DNA of 32,000 nt from Desulfocapsa sulfexigens DSM 10523 (GCF_000341395.1 NC_020304.1:630001-662000), one strand, 5' to 3'. Shown: positions 8,698-19,427, counted from the first letter of the stretch. A program made the numbers and translations. The notes: generated by a model not told the origin, from the sequence alone.

Positions 8698-10848
8698 ATG
8701 AAAAGGTATGACAAGAAAATCTACATCGTCTTGATCAGCGTTCATGGGTTGATTCGCGGCCATAACCTCGAACTTGGATGCGATGCCGACACCGGCGGTC
8801 AAACCAAATACGTGGTTGAACTGGCACGCGCTCTTGGCGAACACCCTGATGTGGAAAAGGTTGATCTCGTGACCCGTCGTATTGTTGATCCGTCAGTCAG
8901 TGATGACTACAGCCAACGCTTTGAAAAGCTGTCCAAAAATGCCCAAATAGTTCGGATTGATTGCGGGGAAGAAACATATATTCCAAAAGAACACCTCTGG
9001 GATTGCCTTGACAACTTTGCAGATTCCATCCTCGAATACATCAAACTGCAACCCGAAATACCGTCAATTATTCATAGTCATTACGCTGATGCTGGCTATG
9101 TTGGAACGCGCCTCTCACACCTTCTTGGTATTCCGCTTGTCCACACCGGCCACTCTCTCGGGCGCAGTAAGCGGCGTCAACTTCTTGCAGCCGGTTATAA
9201 AAGAGAAATTCTCGAAGCTCGCTACAACATTACCACTCGTATCGAGGCCGAAGAAACAACACTGGGTGTCGCAGAGTGTGTCATCACAAGTACCAGCCAG
9301 GAAGTTTTTGAGCAGTATGCTGCCTATGACCACTACCAGCCCGAACGTATGCGCGTCGTCCCCCCGGGAACTGATCTCCAGCAGTTTTTTGTTCCAGAAG
9401 GCAACGAAGGAAGCAGTAGCATTGCAACAGAAATCTACCGTTTTTTGAAGGACCCTGAAAAACCAATCATTCTCGCTCTTTCCCGTCCTGATCCGCGTAA
9501 GAATATTCTCCAACTTATTGCCGCATACGGTGAATCACCGGAACTCCAGCAACTCGCAAATCTTGTCATTATTTCTGGCAATCGTGGTGATATCAGTGAG
9601 ATGGATGATGAAACTCAGGAAGTTCTGCAGAATATCCTGTTGCACATTGACCAGTATGACTTATACGGCAAAGTCGCCTATCCCAAGCACCATGAGCAAT
9701 CCGAGGTGGCTGTTATCTACCGTCTTGCAGCCATGAGCAAGGGGGTCTTTATCAATCCTGCATTGACCGAGCCCTTTGGCCTGACTCTGATTGAAGCGGC
9801 AGCCAGTGGCTTGCCTGTTGTTGCAACCGAAGATGGTGGTCCCATTGATATTATAGGCAATTGTCAGAATGGCTACCTCATTGACCCGCTCGACCGTGAA
9901 GACATTAAGAGCAAACTTCTTGACATACTTTCCCATCAGCAGCAGTGGGAAGAATTTGCTCAAAACGGGATACTCGGTGTACGAAAACACTATTCCTGGC
10001 AAGCACATACGGAGAAATTCCTTAAGATATTGCATCCCCTGATTACCAGTACGGTCACTACCCCACCATTTCACGCCAAACGCCGTAAGCAATTGCACCA
10101 TGATCGTGCATTATTCACTGATCTTGATCAGAACCTGTTGGGTAATCCTCCTGCCCTCACTACCTTCATCGAAGCCCTGCAGGCGAACCGAAAATGCGTT
10201 CTCTTTGGCATTGCCACCGGTCGGAGGCTGGATTCGGCAATGCAGGCTCTGAAGAAGCATCGGATTCCCATGCCAAACGTGCTGATAACCGGTCTTGGCA
10301 CTGAAATTTATTACAACCCCAACCTGGTACCGGATGCTGCATGGGAATTACATATAGATTATCTCTGGAATCCACGGATCGTCCGCCGCGCTCTCCGGGA
10401 GTTACCGGGTCTGAAACTGCAACCGCGCCTGGAACAGGGCCGTTTCAAAGTCAGTTACTATATTGACCCACAGATTGCCCCTGATATTCAGCACATCAAC
10501 AAACTACTGAACCAGGAAGGACTGGCAGCCAATGTGGTCCTCTCTTTCGGACAATACCTTGATGTCATCCCCGTCCGTGCATCCAAGGGGCTTGCCCTGC
10601 GCTGGGTGGCCGAAAGATATGAAATTCCACTCGAAAGGATACTGGCTGCAGGTGGTTCCGGTGCTGATGAAGACATGATGCGTGGAAATATGCTTGCTGT
10701 CGTGGTTGCCAACCGCCACAACGAGGAACTTTCTGACCTGGCACATGTGGATGAGATTTTCTTTGCCTCACGACCGTTCGCGGAAGGCATTCTTGAAGCT
10801 ATCGAACTGTACAATTTTTTCGAGACCTGTGAAATACAGGAAACATAA
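8698..10848 (+). CDS. sps: Sucrose-phosphate synthase (GT4 glycosyltransferase with C-terminal HAD domain)
   Basis: HGLIRGHNLELGCDADTGGQTKYVVELARAL, HADAYVG-type SHYADAGYVGTRLSHLLGIPLVHTGHSLGRSKRRQLLAAG, EPFGLTLIEAAASGLPVVATEDGGP, C-terminal HAD-IIB-like region. Confidence 0.93.
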   Translation: MKRYDKKIYIVLISVHGLIRGHNLELGCDADTGGQTKYVVELARALGEHPDVEKVDLVTRRIVDPSVSDDYSQRFEKLSKNAQIVRIDCGEETYIPKEHLWDCLDNFADSILEYIKLQPEIPSIIHSHYADAGYVGTRLSHLLGIPLVHTGHSLGRSKRRQLLAAGYKREILEARYNITTRIEAEETTLGVAECVITSTSQEVFEQYAAYDHYQPERMRVVPPGTDLQQFFVPEGNEGSSSIATEIYRFLKDPEKPIILALSRPDPRKNILQLIAAYGESPELQQLANLVIISGNRGDISEMDDETQEVLQNILLHIDQYDLYGKVAYPKHHEQSEVAVIYRLAAMSKGVFINPALTEPFGLTLIEAAASGLPVVATEDGGPIDIIGNCQNGYLIDPLDREDIKSKLLDILSHQQQWEEFAQNGILGVRKHYSWQAHTEKFLKILHPLITSTVTTPPFHAKRRKQLHHDRALFTDLDQNLLGNPPALTTFIEALQANRKCVLFGIATGRRLDSAMQALKKHRIPMPNVLITGLGTEIYYNPNLVPDAAWELHIDYLWNPRIVRRALRELPGLKLQPRLEQGRFKVSYYIDPQIAPDIQHINKLLNQEGLAANVVLSFGQYLDVIPVRASKGLALRWVAERYEIPLERILAAGGSGADEDMMRGNMLAVVVANRHNEELSDLAHVDEIFFASRPFAEGILEAIELYNFFETCEIQET

Positions 10849-10850
10849 AC

Positions 10851-11690
10851 ATGCGCCTTCTTGTTTGTACAGATCTTGACCGTACGTTACTTCCTAACGG
10901 CTTCGATCCAGAGTCACCCGATGCTCGCACATGGTTTCACAGACTTGCTGCACTGCCTGGAATAACCCTCGCTTACGTTACCGGGCGTGACCAGAAATTA
11001 GTACGGGAAGCTATCAATGAATACACCCTCCCTATGCCAGATTTCGTGCTCGGGGATGTGGGTTCTTCCATCTATGTGTGTAAACAACACGAATGGCATC
11101 CCATGTCAGACTGGCAGGCCCACATAGCACAGGACTGGGGCGGCTTTACCCATTCCGACATTGCAGCCTTCCTGAAGGGAAATCCAGAGATACAGTTGCA
11201 GGAAGAGAGCAAGCAGAACACATACAAGGTAAGTTACTACGCACCCATAGATACAAATCACAAAACACTTTTACCCAAACTGCAGAGTCAACTCCAGGAA
11301 CACCACATCGATGCCAGCCTCATCTGGAGCCTGGACGAACCTGCCGGCAAAGGTTTATTAGACATACTTCCAGCCCGTGCCACCAAACGTCATGCCATCG
11401 AGTTCCTCATGGAAAAACATGGATACGGATTTGACAATACTGTATTCTCCGGCGACAGCGGCAATGACCTCCCGGTTCTTATCAGTCCGATCCACTCTGT
11501 TCTCGTTCATAACGCCAGCACCGATGTTAAAAGGGAAGGACAACGCATGGCAAAAGCAGCTGGAACAGAGAAAGCCCTCTATCTCGCCCATGGTGGTTTC
11601 AAAGGAATGAACGGAAATTACGCAGCAGGAATACTGGAAGGTGTCGCTCACTATCACCCTGAAATCAAAACGTTGCTGGAGTCCGATTAA
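10851..11690 (+). CDS. spp: Sucrose-phosphate phosphatase (HAD-IIB)
   Basis: LLVCTDLDRTLLPNG motif I, SGDSGNDLPVL motif IV, immediately downstream of sps (2-bp gap). Confidence 0.87.
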   Translation: MRLLVCTDLDRTLLPNGFDPESPDARTWFHRLAALPGITLAYVTGRDQKLVREAINEYTLPMPDFVLGDVGSSIYVCKQHEWHPMSDWQAHIAQDWGGFTHSDIAAFLKGNPEIQLQEESKQNTYKVSYYAPIDTNHKTLLPKLQSQLQEHHIDASLIWSLDEPAGKGLLDILPARATKRHAIEFLMEKHGYGFDNTVFSGDSGNDLPVLISPIHSVLVHNASTDVKREGQRMAKAAGTEKALYLAHGGFKGMNGNYAAGILEGVAHYHPEIKTLLESD

Positions 11691-13646
11691 ATGTACGAAC
11701 AAGTATCACATTCCCTGTTAAACGAAATACTCACTGACTTAAAACCTGAAATACACAAAAAGGATTTACGTCACTTTTACACCCGCCTGGGAGCAAATTT
11801 CTACTCCATCCATTCCTTATTTGCTGTTCTCTATGGCAAGCGTGATGATTTCAAGGCGCAGATGCAAAAACTGGTGGAAACCATGGCTGGACAGTATATC
11901 CAGCGCCCTGCCCACCTCAAACAGAGTGACCTTGCACGCGAAAACGACCACAACTGGTTTCTCAGTCAGGAATGGGTCGGCATGGCACAGTATGCAGATG
12001 GATATGCTAAAAACTTGTCTGAATTACAGCAACGCGTCCACTATTTTCTGGAACTCGGAGTCAATATGATCCATCTCATGCCGATGATGGTCTGTCCGCA
12101 GGGTGCAAGTGACGGTGGCTATGCTGTGAGTGATTTTCGCCAGATAGACCAACGCTTCGGCAGTCTCGAAGATCTCCATAATCTTGCCGGGGAATTTCAA
12201 AAACATGGAATTCTCCTGACTCTTGATGTCGTGCTCAATCACACTTCCAATGAACATGAGTGGGCACAAAAAGCAAAGAATGGAGACCCGACCTACCAGG
12301 AGTATTACTATATTTTTGACAATCGAGAAGTCCCTGACATGTTTGAAGTTACCATGCCGGAGGTCTTTCCGGAAACCTCTTCAGGTAACTTCACCTGGGA
12401 CGAGGACATGGGCAAGTGGGTTATGACCGTTTTCAACGACTACCAGTGGGATCTGAACTATAGCAATCCTGCGGTATTCATTGAAATGGTCGATATCATT
12501 TTGTATTGGGCAAATCAGGGTGCTGATATTCTGCGCCTCGATGCAGTTGCCTTCCTGTGGAAAAAAATCGGCAGTATCTGTCAAAACGAACGTGAAGCAC
12601 ACCTTCTGCTGCAACTGATGAAAGACTGCTGTCAGGTTACAGCCCCCGGTGTATTGTTTATTGCTGAAGCCATAGTTGCCCCAGTCGAAATCACCAAGTA
12701 TTTCGGAGAGGATGCTATCAACGCCAAAGAATGTGAAATAGCCTATAACGCCAGTCTTATGGCATTGCTGTGGGATGCGGTTGCAACAAAGAATGCCAGG
12801 TTGCTGACGCAGGGCATAAAAAGTCTGCCAGACAAACTCGAACGTGCCACCTGGCTCAATTACGTACGCTGCCATGATGATATCGGTCTTGGCTATGATG
12901 ATAATGACATCCGGGCAGTGGATTACGAGCCGCATGCTCATCGTCAGTTTCTAATAGACTATTATACCGGAAAATATGGTGATTCCTCATCCCGGGGCCT
13001 TCCTTTTGGCCACAATGATAAGACCGGCGACACCCGTATTTCCGGATCACTTGCTTCACTGGTTGGATTGGAGGCGGCATTGGATTCCGGTGATCAAGCG
13101 GAAACTGAGGATGCCATTAAAACTATTTTATTATTGCACAGTCTGATCATGTCCTTTGGAGGGATTCCCCTGCTGTACTACGGGGATGAAATAGGCACAC
13201 TGAACGACAACAGCTATCTTGAAGATCCGGCCAAGGCCAACGACAGCCGCTGGGCCCATCGTCCCCATATCAACTGGGAGAAAGCTGAACTGCGGAACAC
13301 CCCAGGTACTGTGGAATACAAGCTCTTTTCCGCCTTGAAGAAAATGATAGCAGTACGCAAAGAGATATCAGCCTTTGCTGATTTTAACAACCGTGAACTA
13401 CTTGATGTCGAAAACCCACATCTCTTCGTTTTTGCACGATTTGAGTACATTCAGCCGACGAACAGAGTATTAGTAGTGGCGAATTTTGACAGTGTACCAC
13501 AACATCTGAATCTCGAAGATATTGGCCGCAAAGCATATTTTCGCAACGATACTATTCGCGACCTGTATTCAGGTGAAAAACCGGCAATGTTCAATACCGA
13601 CCTGGTCATTCCGCCATACCAGTTCTACTGGTTGACAGATCAGTAA
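11691..13646 (+). CDS. ams: Amylosucrase (GH13)
   Basis: GVNMIHLMPMMVCPQGASDGGYAVSDF, TLDVVLNHTSNEHEWAQKA, ADILRLDAVAFLWKKIGS, NYVRCHDDIGL; adjacent to sps/spp. Confidence 0.88.
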   Translation: MYEQVSHSLLNEILTDLKPEIHKKDLRHFYTRLGANFYSIHSLFAVLYGKRDDFKAQMQKLVETMAGQYIQRPAHLKQSDLARENDHNWFLSQEWVGMAQYADGYAKNLSELQQRVHYFLELGVNMIHLMPMMVCPQGASDGGYAVSDFRQIDQRFGSLEDLHNLAGEFQKHGILLTLDVVLNHTSNEHEWAQKAKNGDPTYQEYYYIFDNREVPDMFEVTMPEVFPETSSGNFTWDEDMGKWVMTVFNDYQWDLNYSNPAVFIEMVDIILYWANQGADILRLDAVAFLWKKIGSICQNEREAHLLLQLMKDCCQVTAPGVLFIAEAIVAPVEITKYFGEDAINAKECEIAYNASLMALLWDAVATKNARLLTQGIKSLPDKLERATWLNYVRCHDDIGLGYDDNDIRAVDYEPHAHRQFLIDYYTGKYGDSSSRGLPFGHNDKTGDTRISGSLASLVGLEAALDSGDQAETEDAIKTILLLHSLIMSFGGIPLLYYGDEIGTLNDNSYLEDPAKANDSRWAHRPHINWEKAELRNTPGTVEYKLFSALKKMIAVRKEISAFADFNNRELLDVENPHLFVFARFEYIQPTNRVLVVANFDSVPQHLNLEDIGRKAYFRNDTIRDLYSGEKPAMFNTDLVIPPYQFYWLTDQ

Positions 13647-13791
13647 CTCTTTTTGTCGGTAACGTGGATTTTACCACTATGTGTCGAATCGCCATTTTCA
13701 TTATTTCATCCAAGCCGCTCCAGTATTCACAACAGAGAATAGTCTCTTTCTACGCGACGAACTGTATGAATCTCAGTATACAATAAAAACC

Positions 13792-14697
13792 ATGAACAAA
13801 TTTATCATTGCAGGAATAGGTGAACTTCTTTGGGATGTTTTAGAGGAGTCCGAGGAACTGGGTGGCGCACCTGTCAATTTTTCTTATCATGCAAATAGCT
13901 TGGGTGCAAAGGGCTACGCCATCTCGACCGTGGGGGATGACAGGCGTGGAAAAGCAGCCTTGGCAGTACTGGAAAAACGAAAGATGTCGACAAGGTACAT
14001 TACCGTTCGTAAAGGAGCTGTTACCGGATATGTGCTTGCCAATGTGGATGACAAAGGTGTCGCATCGTATTCTTTTCCTGATGACGTGGCCTGGGATCAC
14101 CTAACGTTGGCTGAACCGACCCTGTCCCTGGCAAAAGAGGTGGATGCCATCTGTTTCGGCAGTCTTGGACAACGTTCCCCCAAGGCGCGCCTGGCAATTG
14201 TTTCATTTTTACAGGCTACCCGACCTGATACCCTTAGAATTTTTGACATCAATCTGAGACAGCATTTCTACACCACTGAAATAATACAGAATTCTCTAAA
14301 ACTAGCGAATGTTCTAAAATTAAACAACGAAGAACTCGAGGTGCTTGGAGTCATAAACGACATCAAAGGTGATGAACGTTCTCTCCTGAAAAAACTGGTA
14401 GAGAAATATAACCTGCAGTTAGCGGTCCTCACCCGCGGTGGGAAGGGGAGCCTTTTAGTATCCCCTGCTGAAATATCCAGTCATCCTGGGTGCCCCACCA
14501 ATATCGTGGACACCATAGGTGCCGGCGACTCCTTCACTGCTGCAACTGCTCTTGGCTTATTAAGAGGATACCCCCTGTCAACGATCAACGATCACGCAAA
14601 CAGAGTTGCAGCATTTGTCTGTTCCCAAAAAGGGGCTATGCCGTTGTTACCAGTGGACCTGCGGGAAAACATATCCAAGACTGTACAATTAAGTTGA
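13792..14697 (+). CDS. PfkB-family carbohydrate kinase, probable fructokinase
   Basis: GIGELLWDVLEESEELGGAPVNFSYHANSLG N-terminal motif and DTIGAGDSFTAA C-terminal motif; ATG 13792 preferred to the track's 13681. Confidence 0.88.
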   Translation: MNKFIIAGIGELLWDVLEESEELGGAPVNFSYHANSLGAKGYAISTVGDDRRGKAALAVLEKRKMSTRYITVRKGAVTGYVLANVDDKGVASYSFPDDVAWDHLTLAEPTLSLAKEVDAICFGSLGQRSPKARLAIVSFLQATRPDTLRIFDINLRQHFYTTEIIQNSLKLANVLKLNNEELEVLGVINDIKGDERSLLKKLVEKYNLQLAVLTRGGKGSLLVSPAEISSHPGCPTNIVDTIGAGDSFTAATALGLLRGYPLSTINDHANRVAAFVCSQKGAMPLLPVDLRENISKTVQLS

Positions 14698-14740
14698 ACT
14701 GTTTCTCAATGAAAAACAGTTGCACAGACACGAGGCAAAA

Positions 14741-16105
14741 ATGAGCAATGAAAAAACTTCCTGGCAACAGGTCGCTGAACTGATCACCGCGAAAAACAGT
14801 GCAGCCCTGCTTGAATACATTGATACCCTGAGTCCATCCGAGACGGCAAGAACCATTTCACGGCTTCCGGAAGAGACACGACTCCAGCTCTTCACTCTTC
14901 TCAGTCCCGAAGATGCCGCCGATGTTATTGAAGATATCCCCGAAGCTCAGGCTGCAGATCTGGTGGAGGAAATGCCATCGAATCAGGCGGCTGCCATTAT
15001 GGAGGAGCTGGACAGCGATCACCTTGTCGATGTTCTCGGGGAGATGGATGAAGACACCAGTCGGGCAATCCTTGCAGAGATGGACCAGGAAGAGGCCAGA
15101 GAGGCCCGGATGCTCCTTGAGTACGATTCGGATTGTGCCGGTGGACTGATGATTTCTGAGTTTCTCTCCTACACGAGCGACAAAACTATCCAGGATGTAC
15201 TCGACGACATGCAGGCCAACCGTGAAGAGTATGGCGGATACCATGTCCAGTATTTTTATGTTGTTGATCGAAAAGGAAAACTGAGTGGAATCCTTCAGAT
15301 GCACGACCTCCTTTTTCCTTCGCGAAAAACACCTCTTTCTCAGATAATGATCAGCTCGCCCTTGAGCGTCTCAGACAAGGCATCGCTTGCCGAACTGGAA
15401 GATTTCTTTGAAGAACATCACTTTTTTGGCGTGCCTGTTGTCGACGAAGAAAAGCGGCTTGTGGGAGTGGTATTGCCTGGAGCCATTGAAGAGGCGGTCA
15501 ATAAGCGAAAGACAAAAAACTTCCTCAACCTGAGCGGCATTGTCGGCGGTGAAGAGTTTCGAACCATGCCTCTGCTCACCCGTTCCGGTCGCAGGCTCTC
15601 CTGGCTAAGTGTTAATATCGTTCTCAATATCATGGCCGCAAGTGTCATTGCCATGTACCAGGACACCCTGGCAGCAGTAATCACCCTGGCAGTTTTTCTG
15701 CCCATGGTCAGTGACATGAGTGGCTGTTCCGGCAACCAGGCCGTAGCTGTTTCAATGAGAGAACTTTCGCTGGGACTCGTCCGTCCAGGGGAGATTCTGT
15801 GGGTACTGGCCAAGGAGGCCAGAGTGGGTATAATTAATGGTGCTGTCCTGGGAGTACTTCTAGGCTCCATTGCCTATTTCTGGAAGGGCAATGCCTGGCT
15901 CGGCCTCGTAGTGGGTGGAGCCCTGGCTGCTAACACCCTGGTATCTGTCACTCTGGGTGGTATGTTGCCCCTGCTTCTCAAACGGTTAAAACTTGACCCT
16001 GCCCTGGTTTCCAGCCCCCTGCTGACAACAGTCACCGATATGTGCGGTTTCTTCTTTGTTTTAAGTTTTGCCGCTGCAGTACTGCCAAAACTTGGAGGCA
16101 TGTAA
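14741..16105 (+). CDS. mgtE: Magnesium transporter MgtE
   Basis: MgtE N-domain repeats (LSPEDAADVIEDIPEAQAADLVEEMP), CBS pair, C-terminal TM domain with VFLPMVSDMSGCSGNQAVAVSMRELSLG. ATG 14741 with upstream cgagg preferred to TTG 14720. Confidence 0.92.
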   Translation: MSNEKTSWQQVAELITAKNSAALLEYIDTLSPSETARTISRLPEETRLQLFTLLSPEDAADVIEDIPEAQAADLVEEMPSNQAAAIMEELDSDHLVDVLGEMDEDTSRAILAEMDQEEAREARMLLEYDSDCAGGLMISEFLSYTSDKTIQDVLDDMQANREEYGGYHVQYFYVVDRKGKLSGILQMHDLLFPSRKTPLSQIMISSPLSVSDKASLAELEDFFEEHHFFGVPVVDEEKRLVGVVLPGAIEEAVNKRKTKNFLNLSGIVGGEEFRTMPLLTRSGRRLSWLSVNIVLNIMAASVIAMYQDTLAAVITLAVFLPMVSDMSGCSGNQAVAVSMRELSLGLVRPGEILWVLAKEARVGIINGAVLGVLLGSIAYFWKGNAWLGLVVGGALAANTLVSVTLGGMLPLLLKRLKLDPALVSSPLLTTVTDMCGFFFVLSFAAAVLPKLGGM

Positions 16106-16486
16106 CCGTTCTGTAAGACCAGAACACTCGCCGGAGAAGGAAATCCATATCATATGTCAAAAAATATTCTTTGAGTTCACTCTCCAATAAATGTAACATA
16201 TAAGTTAATGATTCTTTTTTTTAATATTACTTTCCGACCACGGAACTCAGTACGCTTTGTAATCCACTCATTTTACTAACTAAAAAATCAACAAACCGGC
16301 TCTTTCAGACATAAGGAGGATCTTATAAAATACTCTTTCGAAAGCATCAAGCCACTTAAAACTCTTACCACAGGCATCCAGAGGAGATTCAGAGAATGCA
16401 GGTGATTGTGCAGATAAACGAGCTTACGAAATTCGGTAAGGCCTTTCTTCCAATATTTCCATAACACCTTTCCATACAGTAGCCCT

Positions 16487-18481
16487 ATGCTCTCTCTTTT
16501 TAAATCTATTCGCGGTAACGTCTTTGCTTACCTGGTTCTCCTGGTCTCAATATATTCCTTTTCCAATTATTTCATTATCAACCTGATTGTTTCACCAAGT
16601 CATATAGCGGTGGAACGTCAATTGGCCCAAGAGGAGATGGAGCGTTTTACCGAAGCTCTACTGCGAGAAGGAGAAGCACTGGGAGTTCTCGCCCATGACT
16701 GGTCGGCATGGGATGACACCTACGAGTTTGTGCAAAGCAGATATCAGGAATATATCACCTCAAATCTTCCCAACACCACCTTCACAAATGGAGGGCTGAA
16801 TCTCCTCCATTTCTTTCGCCCCGATGGCTCTCTTGTGTGGAGCAAACTTCTCGACCTTGAAACTGAAGAAGAAATATCACTCACCGAATTCCCTTCAACC
16901 GGACTACCAGGCGATCATCCTTTATTGCACCATCCTCGCCCAGACAGTGCCATCAATGGATTCGTCAAAACAGAACTCGGCCCGATGCTTGTTTCCTCTC
17001 ACCCCATCATCACCAGCGAAAATACCGGGCCAATTGCAGGAACACTGATCTTTGGCCGCCTCCTCACGGAACGGCTGATGACAAAACTCAGGAAACAAAC
17101 CAAGGTTCGATGTCGCCTCATCAACCTCAGTGATCCCAATGAACTGGCAACTCTCCCTATTAATATCTCATCACTTGGGCCGGACACTCCTTATGGCTAT
17201 CATATCACCGCAAACAAAATAATTATTTTCAGTACATTTTCTGATTATCAGGGTACCCCAGAATGGCTCCTGGAAGTACACGCCGATCGTCTGATCACTT
17301 CGCAGACCAGTGAACTAATGCGCTTTGTCGTGTTTTCTAACATCGGTATCGGCCTTGTCATCATCATCCTGTTCCTTCTCCTCTACCGTTACCAGCAGAG
17401 GCTTGCAACTTCCACATTTCGAGATGTAATCAACCAGTTTTTCCAAGATAAAACTCAAGGGAGGCAAAAAAAACCGATCCTCGATACTTTTAGCACTGAC
17501 GAATTTTCCGAACTCGGACAGGACCTGCGTTTAATGATCGCCAGTTTTGAACAAACAGACAAAGACCAGAAAAACATCATCAACAGACATAGCATCTCGC
17601 TGCGACAACTGAATAACAAACTGGTTGACGAGATTAAGGAACGTCTGCAGATTGAAAAAGACCTCCATGCAATCCAAAAAAATCTTGAAAAACAGGTAAA
17701 ACAAAGAACCTTTGAACTCCTGGAAACAAATAGTGTCCTGCAGAGGGAGATTGAAAGAAGGAAGGGGAAAGAGAAGGAACTGATAAAACATCGAAAGCGC
17801 CTTCGTTCCCTTTCATCGGAACTCATGGAGATGGAAGACAGGGAGCGACGTCAACTCGCAACTGACCTTCATGACCAGATAGGCCAGTCCCTCTCTGCTG
17901 TCAAAATGTACGCGGATGCTCTTATTGCATCTGCATCGCATAAAAGCAGCAAAGAAAAACTTGAACTGATCGCAGATATTGTCGCTGAAACAATTCAGGA
18001 TGTCCGCACCCTCACCTTCGAATTAAGCCCACCCATTTTATATGAGATCGGTCTCCATGCTGCCCTTGACTGGCTTGCAGAAGAATTCCTCCAGAAATAT
18101 GGTCTTATAATCACCTCCACCTGCGATGAATGTCCGAAATGTACAACTCCTGCCTTTCTGGCCCTCATTTTTCGGACAATTCGGGAATTGCTGACAAATG
18201 TTGTCAGACACGCCAATGCAGAGAAAGCTGAGGTCGAAGTGCGATGTACAGGTAAGGGGGTACGGATTACCGTAAAGGATGATGGTTGCGGTATGGTAAA
18301 AGAACAGCTAAATAACGAAGACTCCCCGAACACTGGCTTTGGCCTTTTCAGTATCCGGGAAAGGATAAACAATATCGGCGGTACGGTGGAAATTAATTCC
18401 ACAAAAGATGTCGGAACAGAAATAATTCTCACAATTCCAATCAAAGAGGCCTGCGCTGAATCCGGCAGGACAGAGCAATGA
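16487..18481 (+). CDS. Membrane sensor histidine kinase (CHASE4-like sensor, NarL/HisKA_3 family)
   Basis: Two TM segments flanking an extracytoplasmic domain (EGEALGVLAHDWSAWDDTYEF), HisKA_3 box ERRQLATDLHDQIGQSLSAVKM, HATPase motifs LLTNVVRHANAEKAEV, DDGCGM, GFGLFSIRERINNIGG. Confidence 0.88.
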   Translation: MLSLFKSIRGNVFAYLVLLVSIYSFSNYFIINLIVSPSHIAVERQLAQEEMERFTEALLREGEALGVLAHDWSAWDDTYEFVQSRYQEYITSNLPNTTFTNGGLNLLHFFRPDGSLVWSKLLDLETEEEISLTEFPSTGLPGDHPLLHHPRPDSAINGFVKTELGPMLVSSHPIITSENTGPIAGTLIFGRLLTERLMTKLRKQTKVRCRLINLSDPNELATLPINISSLGPDTPYGYHITANKIIIFSTFSDYQGTPEWLLEVHADRLITSQTSELMRFVVFSNIGIGLVIIILFLLLYRYQQRLATSTFRDVINQFFQDKTQGRQKKPILDTFSTDEFSELGQDLRLMIASFEQTDKDQKNIINRHSISLRQLNNKLVDEIKERLQIEKDLHAIQKNLEKQVKQRTFELLETNSVLQREIERRKGKEKELIKHRKRLRSLSSELMEMEDRERRQLATDLHDQIGQSLSAVKMYADALIASASHKSSKEKLELIADIVAETIQDVRTLTFELSPPILYEIGLHAALDWLAEEFLQKYGLIITSTCDECPKCTTPAFLALIFRTIRELLTNVVRHANAEKAEVEVRCTGKGVRITVKDDGCGMVKEQLNNEDSPNTGFGLFSIRERINNIGGTVEINSTKDVGTEIILTIPIKEACAESGRTEQ

Positions 18482-19119
18482 CAATAAAAATCATTGTGGT
18501 CGACGACCACAAAATAGTCCGAGACGGACTCTGTTCACTTATTGAAGGACTTTCCGGATACACTATAGTAGGCAGAGCAGAAAATGGAAGACAGGCCATC
18601 GAGGTAGCACGCCGGGAAAAACCCGATATCGTCATTATGGATGTGAGCATGCCCGAGATGAACGGCATCGATGCAACAAGTTCTATCATGGAGGAAAGAC
18701 CTTCCTGTAAAATCATTGTCCTCTCCATGCACTCTGACAAACGCTTTATTACCGGTGCTCTCCAGGCCGGAGCTTCTGGATTTCTTCTTAAGGAATGTGC
18801 ATTCCAGGAACTCAACCAGGCACTGGATGCCGTCCGCAGCGGACAAACCTACCTTAGTCCTAAAATTGCTGGTACTGTTGTCCACGATTACCGAAGGCGA
18901 CTGCTCTCTGAAGATAAAGAGAAAGCCCTCACCACAAAAGAACGTGAAGTACTGCAGCTCATAGCTGAAGGACGATCAACCAAAGAAATAGCCGACCGTC
19001 TCTTTGTCAGTATCAAGGCTATTGAAGGAAGACGAAGACGGCTCATGGAAAAACTGCAGATCACGACAATGGCAGGTCTTGTCAAATATGCCATTCGTGA
19101 AGGGCTCACTGAACTCTAA
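18478..19119 (+). CDS. NarL/LuxR-family response regulator
   Basis: Receiver IIVVDDHKIVRDGL...PDIVIMDVSMPEMNGIDA, LuxR HTH LTTKEREVLQLIAEGRSTKEIADRLFVS; ATGA overlap with the kinase. Confidence 0.92.
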   Translation: MTIKIIVVDDHKIVRDGLCSLIEGLSGYTIVGRAENGRQAIEVARREKPDIVIMDVSMPEMNGIDATSSIMEERPSCKIIVLSMHSDKRFITGALQAGASGFLLKECAFQELNQALDAVRSGQTYLSPKIAGTVVHDYRRRLLSEDKEKALTTKEREVLQLIAEGRSTKEIADRLFVSIKAIEGRRRRLMEKLQITTMAGLVKYAIREGLTEL

Positions 19120-19427
19120 TCCCAGGAATTTTTTTCACGGAGTTACAGAGCTAAAAGCCTTTATTTCCCATCTCTCTCACCACCGTCTCTATCAATCCCC
19201 TCCATTCTCCTCCTTTTGGCAAGGGCTCCCCTACCAGTTACTCTCCCCTTCCTGCATTATCTTTTTAACATTCCGCTTAAATGCACAATAAGGTTTTTCG
19301 AAGCCTCAATGTAGGGAAACCCCTCTTTCCAACCATCCTACAGAGTGATACCATCGGACAATTGTAATAAAACCGCTGTTTCATATCGTAACCCTCTAAT
19401 TAAAGAGAGAATCAGAGCTGAAGAGTA

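Noticed and set aside
9115-9513. Antisense and alternate-frame ORFs inside sps, spp, amylosucrase and mgtE (for example 9115-9513, 9661-10101, 12381-12941, 14858-15304)
   Set aside because: Fully embedded in strongly supported enzyme genes, with no domain logic or RBS support.
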